Assembly (NCBI RefSeq): GCF_001194135.2
Contig: NC_068982.1
Location: 92,869,037 to 92,925,682 of the forward strand
Direction: 5' to 3'
DNA length: 56,646 bases
Source of the DNA: Octopus bimaculoides
Lineage: Eukaryota
A model generated the notes under the pieces. It worked only from the letters and a program-made list of their open reading frames with translations, was not told the origin of the DNA and did not search any database. Every line of letters begins with the position of its first letter. Position 1 is the first letter of the stretch. Shown piece after piece: positions 37,729 to 51,517 of the stretch. The position numbers and the translations under genes were made by a program.

Positions 37729-38115
37729 GTTTGTTGGCACTCCATCGCTTACGACGTCGAGGGTTCCAGCTGATTCGATCAACGGAACAGCCTGCTCGTG
37801 AAATTAACGTGCAAGTAGCTGAGCACTCCACAGACACGTGTACCCTTAACGTAGTTCTCGGGGATATTCAGCGTGACACAGTGTAACAAGGCTGACCCTT
37901 TGAATTACAGGCACAACAGAAACAGGAAGTAAGAGTGAGAGAAAGTTGTAGTGAAAGAGTATAGCAGGGTTCGCCACCATCCCCTGCCGGAGCCTTGTGG
38001 AACTTTTTAGGTGTTTTCGCTCAATAAACATTCACAACACCCGATCTGGGAATCGAAACCGCGATCCTATGACCGCGAATCCGCTGCCCTAACCACTGGG
38101 CCATTGCGCCTCCAC
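37729..38115 (-). mobile_element. Full-length tRNA-derived SINE, family C, with a 13-bp TSD
   Basis: Head GTGGAGGCGCAATGGCCCAGTGGTTAGGGCAGCGGATTCGCGG...GTTTCGATTCCC. TSD ACTTGTCTACACT at 37716-37728 and 38116-38128. Confidence 0.9.
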
Positions 38116-38396
38116 ACTTGTCTACACTATAACCGTGCAGTAACAATAAAATATATAACGAAGCAGGGTAATAACAACGTAACTATCCAACAAGCTCTTC
38201 ACGAACTATACTCGAACCAACAAACGATATTCTGCTAAACTACCAAAGCACCTTACGACTTCCTGCGATTAACGCTTACTCGCTCTCTGATCTCGTGCAG
38301 ACCGCTACTATTTATAGTCGCTCGGTCAAGTCTATTCTCGTACGAGGGTTGTGACTCTCGCCACAACAGTAAATAAGAATATTTCCTAAACAAGTG

Positions 38397-38427
<31 letters not shown>

Positions 38428-38982
38428 ANNNNNNNNNNNNNNNNNNNNNNNNNNNNNNNNNNNNNNNNNNNNNNNNNNNNNNNNNNNNNNNNNNNNNNNN
38501 NNNNNNNNNNNNNNNNNNNNNNNNNNNNNNNNNNNNNNNNNNNNNNNNNNNNNNNNNNNNNNNNNNNNNNNNNNNNNNNNNNNNNNNNNNNNNNNNNNNN
38601 NNNNNNNNNNNNNNNNNNNNNNNNNNNNNNNNNNNNNNNNNNNNNNNNNNNNNNNNNNNNNNNNNNNNNNNNNNNNNNNNNNNNNNNNNNNNNNNNNNNN
38701 NNNNNNNNNNNNNNNNNNNNNNNNNNNNNNNNNNNNNNNNNNNNNNNNNNNNNNNNNNNNNNNNNNNNNNNNNNNNNNNNNNNNNNNNNNNNNNNNNNNN
38801 NNNNNNNNNNNNNNNNNNNNNNNNNNNNNNNNNNNNNNNNNNNNNNNNNNNNNNNNNNNNNNNNNNNNNNNNNNNNNNNNNNNNNNNNNNNNNNNNNNNN
38901 NNNNNNNNNNNNNNNNNNNNNNNNNNNNNNNNNNNNNNNNNNNNNNNNNNNNNNNNNNNNNNNNNNNNNNNNNNNNNNNNNN

Positions 38983-39024
<42 letters not shown>

Positions 39025-39025
<1 letters not shown>

Positions 39026-39430
39026 ACTTGTGAAGACCGGTTTATAGGTTTACCTTGGGTTTCTCGCCATAAATGGTACCTTTATAGCGTATCTTCAGAC
39101 CCTAAGACCTGTTGGTCATCGGCTTTCGACTGTGGTGTAATTAACGCTAATACCGCTATTATCGCTATTATGCGGTTCCCGAAACGTCAACAGGAATTTC
39201 CTGAAATGCAAGCACGGCCCGAAAATCTCCATTCTGGAGTTCAATATGGTCCCTGTTAGTGCGAGGTTTTCAGGATTTCCATGTATTTGGCTGTGCATAG
39301 CTTGCAGCGTTTTGTTCCATTAGTGTACAGACCCGGACGGTGGAAGATTTTTCATGATATCGAGTATGGAATTCGATCTTCCTTCAGTTGCCAGATATGG
39401 GTGGTCAGTGATGTTAAATATCTCCGGCAG
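39025..39430 (-). mobile_element. Penelope-like element 3' end (GIY-YIG C-terminal part), left inverted arm
   Basis: Reverse complement is homologous to 39825-40400: HIWQLKEDRIPYSISxKIF...TNGTKRCKLC...LNSRMEIFGPC. Confidence 0.8.
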
Positions 39431-39544
39431 TAACATCGGCAGGATTGATAACACCAACACATGCACTACCGGCAAAACATGATGCAGCAGTGACACTACC
39501 AACGTAACCACTAATAGAGATTTACTTCTCTATTTCAGAAAGTC

Positions 39545-39722
39545 ATCAGCCCCACATCCAGCACCACCAGAATCAACACCAGCGGCAGCACCAGCAGCAA
39601 CAACAGCAGCAGCACCGACGACAGCACCGACGGCAGCAACAACATCGACAACTACAACAGCAGCAGCAACAGCAACAAAAACAGCAACAACATCAGCAGC
39701 GGTAGCAGCAACAGCAACAGCA
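39545..39722 (+). repeat. (GCA/ACA)-rich low-complexity tract
   Basis: Ala/Thr-rich when read on the + strand; lies directly before the PLE endonuclease. Confidence 0.8.
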
Positions 39723-40400
39723 ATAGTAGGCACGACATAACTCCACGCGTCCAAGGAAATACATTAGATGCGCGGGAACTTTCTTTAAGAAACGTCCTTC
39801 CAACCATAGATCCTCCTTCAGAGAACCGGAAAGGAGATATGTAACATCGCTGGCCAGCCATATCTGGCAACTGAAGGAAGATGGAATTCCATACTCGACA
39901 TCATGGAAAATGTTCCGCCGTCCGAGTCCGTACATCAATGGAACAAAACGCTGCAAGCTATGCGTAGCCGAACGCATGGAAATCTTGAAAACCTCGCACG
40001 TACCAGGGACCATATTGAACTCCAGAACGGAGATTTTCGAGCCGTGCTTGAATTTTAGGAGATTCCTGTTGGCGTTTTGGGAACCGCATAACAGCGATAA
40101 TAGCGGTACTAGCGATAATTACACCACAGCCGGAAATTGATTGCTGATGTCAGTAGAAGATAACCCTCTACCTTTTGCCTTCTTAGTTGACAGATAGCGT
40201 AGCTGAAGGAGAACTACACAGCCTGAAGCCGATGACCAGCAGCAAAGGGAGATAATCCCCATTGTTTATATCTGTATCGTTTCTCCCTCCATATTTTTTT
40301 AAAGAGGCCATAGGCCAACAGGTCTTAGGATCTTAAAATACGCCACAAATGTGCCCTTTATGACGAGAAAGCCAGGGCAACCCTATAAACCAGCCTTCAC
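39722..40400 (+). mobile_element. Penelope-like element GIY-YIG endonuclease and 3' end
   Basis: NHRSSFREPERRYVTSLASHIWQLKEDGIPYSTSWK...PYINGTKRCKLCVAERMEIL...LNSRTEIFEPC. Confidence 0.8.
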
Positions 40401-40534
40401 CAGTAATGAATATAGACTACTCTACTTCTTAGAGTGTGCTTCTTCTCCGGATTTATATATATATATATATAAATAAATAAATAAATATATTTATTTATAT
40501 ATATATATAAATAAACAGAACCAAGAGTTAAAAA

Positions 40535-40950
40535 ATGCGGGCGACCTACCGTGGAACATGTCCCAACTTACTGGAGGGTTGGGAACTTCATTTTAAACAA
40601 GGGCAAACATTCGAAATTAAGACTGAGTTTACCTGTGCATCCGAAAATTTAATGTACGTCATGTCTTGTTCAGAATGTTGACACAAGTAAGTAGGGCAAA
40701 CAAGGATGTCTATTCGAGGGAGAACAACCCTGCATAGGGAACAAATCAGTTTCCGATATCGATAACACATTGAGAGATGTTCAGGGAATCTTTAACTCAC
40801 AGAGAACGCATAGAGAGATGTGCGGAGAATCTTCAACCAAGCTTCAAAATCTTCCCTGTATACCAATGCAATGGAACGACTTTTGTTCAACAACAGTTAA
40901 ATGAAGACTATGTTAATTGAAAAATATCAGCCACGCCTGGACTATGTAAA
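40535..40950 (+). mobile_element. Second Penelope-like GIY-YIG fragment (different family)
   Basis: FEIKTEFTCASENLMYVMSCSEC..xVGQTR..IRGRTTLHREQI...FKIFPVYQC. Confidence 0.7.
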
Positions 40951-41248
40951 TAGTTTAGTTCATAAATATATATACCTTTAATCTAGATTAATCAATCCAC
41001 TTTTCCAAAAAGGGCAATTACCTCCCCTTCTTCTAATAATAACAATCACTGATTACCGACCCTAAAATTTATTTGCCTCCTGATTTATTTACTAAATATC
41101 CTTCCTCCTACTAACATGGAATGAAAACTTATGATAGTCGTGATTAGCATAAGTGAAACCGGTCGGCTATTTAACTATTTATTTCATAAATATATTGCTC
41201 AACATGACGTTTATGTGCATTTTCGTCCTTTATATATATATTATAGTA

Positions 41249-41255
41249 AGAGAGA

Positions 41256-41325
<70 letters not shown>
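41249..41325. repeat. (AG)n microsatellite
   Basis: Visible run. Confidence 0.95.
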
Positions 41326-41329
<4 letters not shown>

Positions 41330-42212
41330 TGAGAGAAGGAATTTAAAGGCAAATTTGTCGTCTTTCATGTAATGATTGCTGAAGGATTCTTTACTCCCAT
41401 CTCTGCATGGTTTAGTGTATTCTAAACCTTTATACAATAACTCAGTAAATGGTGACTTCTGAATTTAGTTTTAGTTACGATAAAGGATTCACAATTTAGT
41501 AAATTTACAGACTTAGTAGTTAACATGTCTGTTATTTATAGAAAATATTACTGTCTTAGTACCAGATAATATTTCCATTTGCATAAAAACTGGATGTATG
41601 ATTGCTCGATACACGCTGAAATCTAGAGGGGTTCCTTAATTTCTGAATTTAATTTCAAAATACTTCTTGACCTGAAGTTATTTAACAGTCAACATACAAA
41701 AGTAAGTTTCATTTATTTTCTTCATGGCGGTAACATTATCACAAGTCGTAACCAACCACTACAACAATATTAGAGTCGAAAATTTGTGATATTTGTGAAT
41801 AGTTGAGAAGTGTGTACTAAAAACTTCTGGAACTGTTGTCGTTAAGTCATGTTAAATAGGGCATTGAGCCAAATTATTTCCCTCCTTCTGAATTAACCTT
41901 GGCATAACTAATATTTTAATACATTATACTAGAGTTGGTCATCACTTTAGCAGAATGCCAAGCGAAGAAACTACATGCATACACAAGAGCTCTAACTATC
42001 CCATATCTACAGGTGAGAGCCTCGGAGACGGCATAAAGTAGAATAGTTTCCACTCTATCTGCGACAGAAACATTTTCCACCTTACCGTTCCCTATTATAA
42101 TAAGACACTAACAAAAAGTAACTTTAGTGTGATAGTATAGCAAGAACAACAGAAGTGCTCGGAGAAACGAAATAATTAGGCGAGATAGAAGCAGAAATAA
42201 ATATAGAGAGAA

Positions 42213-42260
<48 letters not shown>

Positions 42261-45200
42261 AGAGTTATATTGTATTATTTGCAAGAGTGAAAAGATAAGG
42301 AACTTTAAGGACTGCTCTTAGAGAGTTATATAGAATCACTTTGCGTTATGTCACTGTCCTTAAGTTACAGCTCCTTCATATAGTTGAGTGTTTTCCGCAT
42401 AGCTTTACATATGTTGCTAAATACTATTTTATATGCTTATAAAATGGTTCACTTTCACATTCACTGAAGAAACAGTTTCCAGAGAGCATTTTTGTAGATC
42501 CTCATCGATTCTCTCGAGAGTGACACTTGGCTAAAATGCACCAGTTAAATAGACAGTACAGAAAAAAATCGTCAGTTTTACATCATGCTCGCAAGATGAT
42601 CCAAACTATAAGTTAAGCGTAGCACTTTATCGAACAGGAATATATTTCTGGTAATTCATTCGTAAAGATAGCTAATAAATTTATAGAGAGTGTAATGTTC
42701 GGGAGCGGAATCCTCTTTGAGACATATCAGAATAAAACTTGTCATAATTTACTTACATGTCCAACTATAGGTTTTTGTCTTTGTAACATGTAAGGCAATA
42801 TTGACTTTCAAATTTCACTCTACGGTTCTGGAAGAGATTTCACCGATTTTCGTTCCTGCTGAAGTACTAGTAAATGCTTCTCTAACATTGCTTTAAAAAT
42901 TCCTTCACATTATTAATGTTTATCATCAAGTAAAAGAAGTGAGTATATATGATCAAGCTTCGTAGACACTGCCTTTCTGCCCTTTTAAAACCATATGGTG
43001 TCAGTTTTAATCTCTTCCGGCAATTTCTCTGCAGATCTTGCTTTAGTTACTCTTTATTCTCTAACAACTTGTATAACTATTCGCTGGAACGAGAAAACAA
43101 CGATCTGATGTTTTTCATTCTTGTTTATTCTCAGAATAAAGAACTGAAAATTTAGTAAGGTTTCAAAGCTTATGACTGCAGAGTGAACCCGTTAGTTGAA
43201 ACCTCCACAGCAGCTTTTGTAATTAGTTATGGAACCATTTTCATAACCATGATAGAGTGAATTGTTTTATTCTACAGAGACTCATAGCTAGTAATGTTCA
43301 AAATCATCAACATTAACTACTTGAGCAGCATTTTTTTACACAATCAAATTTACGGCGACGAAAATGAGAACAATAACAATACGGCAAGCAGACTTCATCA
43401 GAACAGTAATGGCAATGAAGATTTAAATCAATATGACTGTTTGGTAAAATTCCAAAAAAGAAAAAATATAAAGAAAGTGAATCACAGACAAGCAAGAAGT
43501 TAGAAACTCATAAAGCTGTAATAATATATGTTCGTCTTATTGTATCGATACCGGTTATTAAATGAACTAGTTTTAGTTTCTGTCAGGAAATCGATAAAAT
43601 AAAAACAATTGAAGAAAGAGAAAAGAAAGGGAAGACTTCATATTTTATAAAAATATTTAACTATAGAATGATGAAGTGTAGAAAGGAGAAGTTACAAAAA
43701 TGAAATAGAAAAAATCCAAACAAAATCCAAACAAAATGACTCTTCCCATTATTCAATCTAATTTTGCTTACTTAAAATCACATGCAGCATTGTTTAGTTT
43801 TAAAACAACCAACTTTTGACTTCTTATCCGCATGATACGACATAGCAATATTGACAACTTAGGAATCGACTCGTTATTACAATCCTAAAATATAACAAAA
43901 ATTGAACCGATTTTCTCAGTGGAGTAGTGTAGATAAAATAAACACACAAGAAGAATAAACATACGAAAAGAAGACCAGCACGATATATTTAAAAGATAAA
44001 TTTGATATAAAAACAGTGAATGTAAAATAATTCTCGTGAAAAAGAAGTAAAAAGTGAATGATTTTCATCCGTTCGTTTTGTTTATTTATTTAATTTTGTT
44101 ACACATCGAGGGAATAAATGTAGATAAAGACATTAAAACATAGAAATGAATAAGATGTGTAGGGAACGTAAGATTGTTTGTCGTCTTTTGAAACTTCTGT
44201 AAGATTTCCGTTTAGAGAAGGAAAATCTGCTATAGTGGATTGAAAAATCGCTTTGACTTTGATTGCTATTGGTCTTATTCATTGATTAATTCATTGATTA
44301 TTGCTTATAAAAATCTGCATTAAATTCATCTTTTGCTCATAATGATTTGTTATACCACACATTATTATAAAATACAAAAAAAAAAAAATAAAAACGCAAC
44401 ACGGACCAGTCGAAATTTTATATTAAAGTTTTATATGACATTAGATATGATGTAGGTCAAATATTTAGACTCTGACAATCAATATAATGCTATCTTGCAT
44501 AGAGAGAGGGTATATTCGATTGATTCTGAATCAGATCAAGACTGATATTTATGTTATCAGTCCTAGAGAAATAAAGGCAAAGGCGACTATATATATATTT
44601 GAACTCACAAAATTTCTGAAGCGAAAGTGGCATAAGATAATAAGTCTACTGGTCTTCCATTCCTGTTAGCCCATCATCGTTATAACAAAATAATAAAATG
44701 GTTTCTTATATTGTTATTTAGCCCAAGGTCAGCACCTCTTGACAGAACAGACTTATGATCAAAGGCATTCCAGTTATGGCCGAATCATTAGCACGCCTGG
44801 CAGGGTGCTTGGTGGTGTTTCATCCAGCCTTACGTTGTTGATTAAGCGGTATATTAAATTATATCAACTCCAATGCATGATTGGTACTTATTCAATCCTA
44901 GAGCGATAAAAAGCAAAATAAATACCAGTGGAACTTGAGCTCAATAAGTAGAAAGACGAAATTAAACAATGCGAAGCATTTCATCCAGCGTTCTGCTACC
45001 GTTGTCAATACATTATTCTTATAAAATTCATTACTCTTTAAAAAAATCTAATATGGAAATAATGTGCCTTGTGTATCCGGATATTTGAATTATTCTCTGT
45101 GGGTAAAATTCTGGTGCATGTGAGCATAGAAGATAGTGTCTATAGAAGAAAATCATTACAAATCAGTTTTCAGCTAACCAAATGTCATAATATAAAAATA

Positions 45201-45348
45201 TATAAGTTATAACATTGATTTTTCTCCGGTAATTATTTTGAATAATTTTCAATAAATATTTTCAACTGAAAAAATAAAATCAAAAGCTAAACAGTTCAAA
45301 CTCAATAACAAATCAAAACTTTAGAATCCACGCGATAGTTTTTAACCA

Positions 45349-46678
45349 TTAGGTTGTTCCGAAAATAATGGCAGATTTCAGGAACATAATTTTATTCTGG
45401 AAAAATTAACAATAGAAATGTTTTTATTACTCAACGTATGAGTCGTGAACATCTATGCATCTCTGCCATCGATCAACAAGATTATTTATGCCTTGTTGAT
45501 AAAGACTTATTGGCTTTGATGCTAAGAAATCTTTGAAAGCTGATTCCACCTCTGGTTTGGACCTGAAAGTTTTATCACTTAAAAACGTGTTTAAANNNNN
45601 NNNNNTCTGGTTTGGACCTGAAAGTTTTATCACTTAAAAACGTGTTTAAATGCTTTAAAAAATGGTAGTCAGTGGGTGAAAGATCAAGAGAATATGGAGG
45701 ATGTAGTAAAATTTCGTATTCCAAGTCTGTGAGTTTCTGTAGCGTCATTCTTGCAACATGAGGCTTTGCCTTATCGTCTACGCCATTTCACCAATGCAGG
45801 TCTCATTTTTTGCAAGTGAGCATGCATTTCAGCGAGTTGATTGCAGTAAACCTCTGCTGTAATGCTCTAATTGGCTCCCAGAAAGCTGTAATGGACAACA
45901 TCAATTGCAGACCACCAGACAGTCACCATAATCTTTTGCTGATGCAACTTTGGCTTTGGGAAATGTTTAGGGGACTCATCATGATCAAGCCAGCCATTGA
46001 CCTGATCGTTTACGGTCATCATAAAGGATCCAGTTTTCGTCACAAGTGACTATTCGGTCAAGAAAAGGATCATTGGTGTTTCGTAGAAAGAGCATCGAGC
46101 ACACTTAAAAGAAAACGAACTTTCTGATTTTCATTGAGCTCATGCGGTACCCGTTTATCGAGCTTTTTCACCTTGCCAATCTTCTGCAGACTGCGTGAGA
46201 CCGTTGCAATACCAACACCAAGTACCTGAAACATTTCTCTCACACTTTAACGTGGATTTTGTTCAACAATGGCTTTCATTTGTTTATTGTCAAGAATGCA
46301 TGACCGTCCTCTACCTTCTTCATCTTCAAGGCTTTCATCACCATTACGAAATTTCTGAAACCACCTTCGTACAGTGCGATCACTTGTGGACTCCTTTCCC
46401 CATGCTATGTTGATATTGGCAGTAGCTTGGGAGGCATTGTGCCCAAGCTTGAACTCATGCAAGAAGAGTAAGCGATGGTCCTTTTTGGTCATGCTCATAA
46501 TTAAGGGCGCCTATGCTTCAAGAATGTTTTCTGTCTGAAATAAGTAGAAAATTATTAAAGAACATACATCAATTATTAAGTATGTCGAAATTCATCTAAA
46601 ATATAATTAAAATACTATGATAAAATTGCGTTTCAAAACACAACACTTAGAGTGGCTACTATTTTCGGAACAACCTAA
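45349..46678 (-). mobile_element. Near-full-length Hsmar1/SETMAR-like mariner, decayed
   Basis: TIRs TTAGGTTGTTCCGAAAATA at both ends, with TA on the right. HEFKLGHNASQATANIN.AWG...RTVRRWFQKFRNGDESLEDEE.RGR; C-terminal YQQGINNLVDRWQRCID. Confidence 0.9.
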
Positions 46679-46699
46679 TACATTCATCTAATAATAAAT

Positions 46700-46913
46700 A
46701 ATCCTTTCTACTGGAAGCACAAGGTCTCAAATTTCGGGGAAGGGATTAAGTCGATTACATCAACCTCAGTGCGTAACCGGTACTTATTTAATCGACACCG
46801 AAAGGATGAAAGGCAAAGTTGACCTCAGAGGAATTTGAGCTCAGAATGTAGCGGCAGACGAAATACCGCTAAGCATTTCGTCCAGCGTGCTAACGTTCTG
46901 CCAGCTTGCTGCC
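46700..46913 (-). mobile_element. SINE family B with a 17-bp TSD
   Basis: TTCATCTAATAATAAAT at 46683-46699 and 46914-46930. Confidence 0.9.
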
Positions 46914-48055
46914 TTCATCTAATAATAAATGATAATAATACATAAAACAATTAGTAAAATCTGAATTGAAATATCTTTTATTTCGTTAATATAGGTATAC
47001 TAGTTTCTTAATAGTTTCTTAGATAGGAAATTAATGTCATAACTGAGATGAAATGGTATTACATGTGAATAGATAAAAGATTCGAATTACCAATGGACTA
47101 CCTCTCAGTGCACAAAACGGTAATAAATGGTATTGTATTCACTTAAAATGAGATTTTTTCCTTGTTTTCAATACGTTACATTCACCGGTGAACCAATGAC
47201 TGGCTTGTTTGTTCACTGATTGCAATATAAAATAGAAGTAAAAAGCAAATGTATTTTGTAAGGTCATCAGAGAAATGATTTCAGGTTGTTGTAATTTGGA
47301 ATCGAAATCAGATTGCAGATCTTTTTGGTCGACAGCTTGTTTTCTTGCATACTTCGTCAGACTGGTTACATTGAACGAGATTCTATGATCTCCATGCGCG
47401 TTGCTTTCAACTGAGACGCAACTGTATTAATCACGTTTTGAGTTTGCACAATGTGGAATGGGAAAACGCGACTTGACCATTAATATTAGAAACATAAACG
47501 TTTACTGATATTCAATACCTTCATTGAAAGTCTAAATCTCCGATCTGTTCGATATGATTTTCTTTCCTTCAATTTCATAAGTTTTTATTCATATTATATG
47601 TGTGTGTGTGTGTGTGTATGTATGTATGCATGTGTGTGTGTGTGTGTGTAGGTTGTTAGAAGTGATGTACAGATATTATATATTAAGAAAAAAGAGGCAG
47701 TCAGAATTTTGGATAATTCTTTATTTAGCACTTTCGTTCATTCGTGGGTATCTCTTCAGAGTAAATTTTCTGTTAAATTTCGTTGCTTTTTATACAGATA
47801 AAAAAGAATGCNNNNNNNNNNNNNNNNNNNNNNNNNNNNNNNNNNNNNNNNNNNNNNNNNNNNNNNNNTCTATCCTCTCTATCTTCTCATCTTTCCCCCT
47901 CTCCCCTCTTCTTTCCTCTTTCTCCTTTTGTATTCTTTACGATCTGCATAAAAACAACGAAATTTCACAGAAAATTTATTCTGAAAAGTTCCCACGAATG
48001 GACGAATAAAGAATTATCCAAAATTCTGGTTGCTTCCTCTCTGTCTCTCCATATT

Positions 48056-48087
<32 letters not shown>

Positions 48088-48307
48088 TATAGTTCGTTCT
48101 GGGATTTGGTTTGCAAGATTCTTCATGTGAGTTCGTGTGTTGAAGCATATTTTGTTGTGTCTGGGGAGAGTCATTCTTTTTTAGTGCCTTATTATTTAGC
48201 ACACTCTCCGGTTCAGTTTCCACTCATTTGACTCAAGAGTTAACGACTATTGAAAAGGTTACAAGGGAAAATAAAAAAGTAAATGAGTGGAAACTCTCCC
48301 CCCAAAC

Positions 48308-48357
<50 letters not shown>

Positions 48358-48841
48358 AAGCAAATAAGTAACAAGGATATCAAAGTATTAGTGCATTACG
48401 GCCGTTTCAAGCGGCTCTATTCAATCAATCAATGCAAGCATTACATCAATTTGAAAGAAACCGCTCTCCTCGGAAGCATAAGACCATATAAGTTTTCAAT
48501 ATACAGGATACTCCATTATAATATTTTAGCAAATTTTTCATCAGAACTAGAGAATAAAAGAATTACAATGTGTACTGTTATTATTGTAGCAGAATGAACT
48601 TAGGGAGAAAATACTTAAAGTCTACTATAATTTAGAGTGGCAGAAGAAAATAACAATGGGTTATTTTATTTATTCTTTTATATTATATTTTATTATTATA
48701 TTTTGTATACCTATGTACCCCGTATATACTGGTGTAACTTCTGTGGATTGTGAAGGGGTTTGTAATTTCTCTCTATAGTTAATCGTGGTATATTATAATA
48801 CAGTGTGGTATTTATATTTATTTATTTGTATTTACATTTTA

Positions 48842-48905
<64 letters not shown>

Positions 48906-51129
48906 TTTATGTATATATGTGTGGTATTTTAAGATTTTTTCATAATAATGGAAATCTCTATATAATTATATTTTTCCTTGGTTCCTTTAGATAAGTTTAT
49001 CTGTTATAGAATTGCTTATCTTTTTTTTTAGCACTAGAAAATATGTACCCCTTCTCGGATGAAATCTGAATTTAATTATGGGTTCGTTGTTGAATAGTTT
49101 TATCATGACCACCATAACAGTATGTTAGGATGAAGTATTATGAAGTTACTGTTTTATATAAAAGTACCCCATTTTTTTAGGGCTTAGATTGTTTTATCTA
49201 TCCTTCTCTTATTTGGTCCTTAAATCCCTTTCTAAATTATATTATTTAATGTACAAAATATAATAATATATAGATTTTGCTAAATTTGGATATACATTGT
49301 CCACCCTGTACCCTTAATACCCACTTAGATCTCATTGTGACCTTCGTTTCTATTTTAGGCCCCTTTTAACTGATAACCATAATATAGTTTAAGTCACCCT
49401 TGCCCTTCTTCTTTCTACTTATCACCGATATACCATTATCTTGCTAGCATCTTCTGAGGTGTGTTCTTTGGCGTAGACATGGCGAATTTATAGTCACAGT
49501 AAAATAAGGGAAGGGAAGAGTATCTGACATTACTTAATTTATCACCAGAAGCAAGTACTTAACTGCCAATTCCCAATAGTTTTTGATTCTAAAGAGATGT
49601 AGAATACTTGTTGCATTAGATCTTTTGATTGTGATAAAGATAAAGATGAATGTAGCTATATCACCACTACTCTTTCTTGACCCCATCGTTATTTTCTCCT
49701 GCCACTCTAAATTATAGCAGTCTTTAAGTATTTTCTCCCTAAGTTCAGTCATAAAATTCTGCTCCCCATATATTTATAAACTTGTACTTCAATAAGAAAT
49801 TATTATTTACTTTAGTAACATTAAAATCGCATAGGGTTCGATAATACTATTCATCACTTCGAAGGCCGTACATTCAATACCAATCTCATCTCCATTATAA
49901 CATACAAGATTCAATCGACTACTCACCTCTCATATAATACTGTCCTTGTGGGGAGTTTCGATAAAAACATTAAGTATTGCCTTACAAGAAGTGTGATGAT
50001 ACATTTGTAAAAGTGTTTCTAAACTGGTGTTTAAGCGGCAGTTTAGATTTCTTGATGAAAATGATTTTATCTACGCTTGTAATTCGCTTGTAAAATGCAT
50101 GAAAGCTATAAGGTAGTGTATTTTCTCCACATCAAAAAAAAAAAAAGAAAAGAAAAAAAAAGCATTTTATTTCTGCTCAAGAAATTGCTATCATTAAATC
50201 TATTACAGAATTCGAAATTCCTGCCAACTTTTCTTTTAAACAGCTATAATTATATATTTCAGAGACAAGAACAAATGTTTGAGAATGATCCATTTGGAAA
50301 TAATTCAAAATATTTATTGCATTGGACGCTTATTGGGTATGATAGCCATTGAAATTCACTTTCGTAATATAACTACACATTAAATATAAGCTATTTTTTG
50401 TACATGATATTACACCATTTTCCTCAGTTTGTCAGTTTGTATGAATAATCGATAAACACTATAGCTTATATTCCCAAATTAAAAACTTTATAGTGCTAAC
50501 ATTTATATTTTACTCCTTTACAAAGAGAAAACAAACGTCAGTAACAAGCCAGGTCTAAACAAACCAATTATTTATATTATTTTCCTTTTAGGTGAACAAG
50601 GATAGGGTTCCAGTTTAGTGGTTGAAAGGGTAGCAGTTTGCATTTTGTCGCCGAGGTTATCTTACATCTATGACCACAACACGAGGCTCTCAATGACCTT
50701 GTGCTCTTTGTAGTGAAAATTCATAATGGATTAGAAACAGTTCATCACCGTCAGAACAGCATAATTAACAGGTGTTTTATTAATCTGCAGTGTAGGGTTC
50801 AATTCTTTACATCGTCCTGGAGACAGTAACTGTAACTTAGTTCGCATCTTCCATTGCGTCACTTTATGAAAAGTTTATTTCATTTTTCATTTTATGCAAA
50901 ATTATTTTGCGTCAGAGGTTTGGGAGCAATATTTTAAATCTTCTCCATATCAATCATTTTATGCTTGCAAGAAAATTCTTGTTGTTTTTCCCGAAAGCCG
51001 AAAAATATTTGGAAAAGCAGTTAGATAAAAAAAACAAAAACAAATCACTTCTGAGATTTGTCAGTGTTTTTCTTGTTTAATAATATGAGATACATATAAG
51101 CTATTGATATTTTATATTAAAGTGAATTG

Positions 51130-51517
51130 TTTACTCTTTTCAGTCATTTGACTGTGGCCATACTGGAGCACCGCCTTTTAGTCGAGCAAATCGACCCCAG
51201 GACTTATTTTTTGTAAGCCTAGTACTTATTCTAAGTTACGGGGGGGGGTGTAAATACACCAGCATCGGTTGTCAAGCGGCGTTGAGGGACAAACACACAC
51301 AAACATATACACACACATACATACATATACACACACATACATACATATATACGACGGGCTTCTTTCAATTTCCGTCTACCAAATCCACTCACACAGCTTT
51401 GGTCGGCCCGAGGCTATAGTAGAAGACACTTGCCCATGGTGCCACGCAGTGGGACTGAACCCGGAATCATGTGGTTAGTAAGCAAGTTACTTACCACATA
51501 GCCACTCCTACGCCTAC
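51130..51517 (-). mobile_element. SINE family A
   Basis: Homologous to 362-782. Confidence 0.85.

Noticed and set aside
38040-38115. tRNA-like sequence (also 33334-33406 and the SINE A/B heads)
   Set aside because: They have A/B boxes but no complete acceptor stem and continue into repeat bodies, some with TSDs. They are SINE heads, not tRNA genes.
45551-45650. Tandem duplication of ~45 bp inside the mariner across a 10-N gap
   Set aside because: Same contig-overlap artefact.
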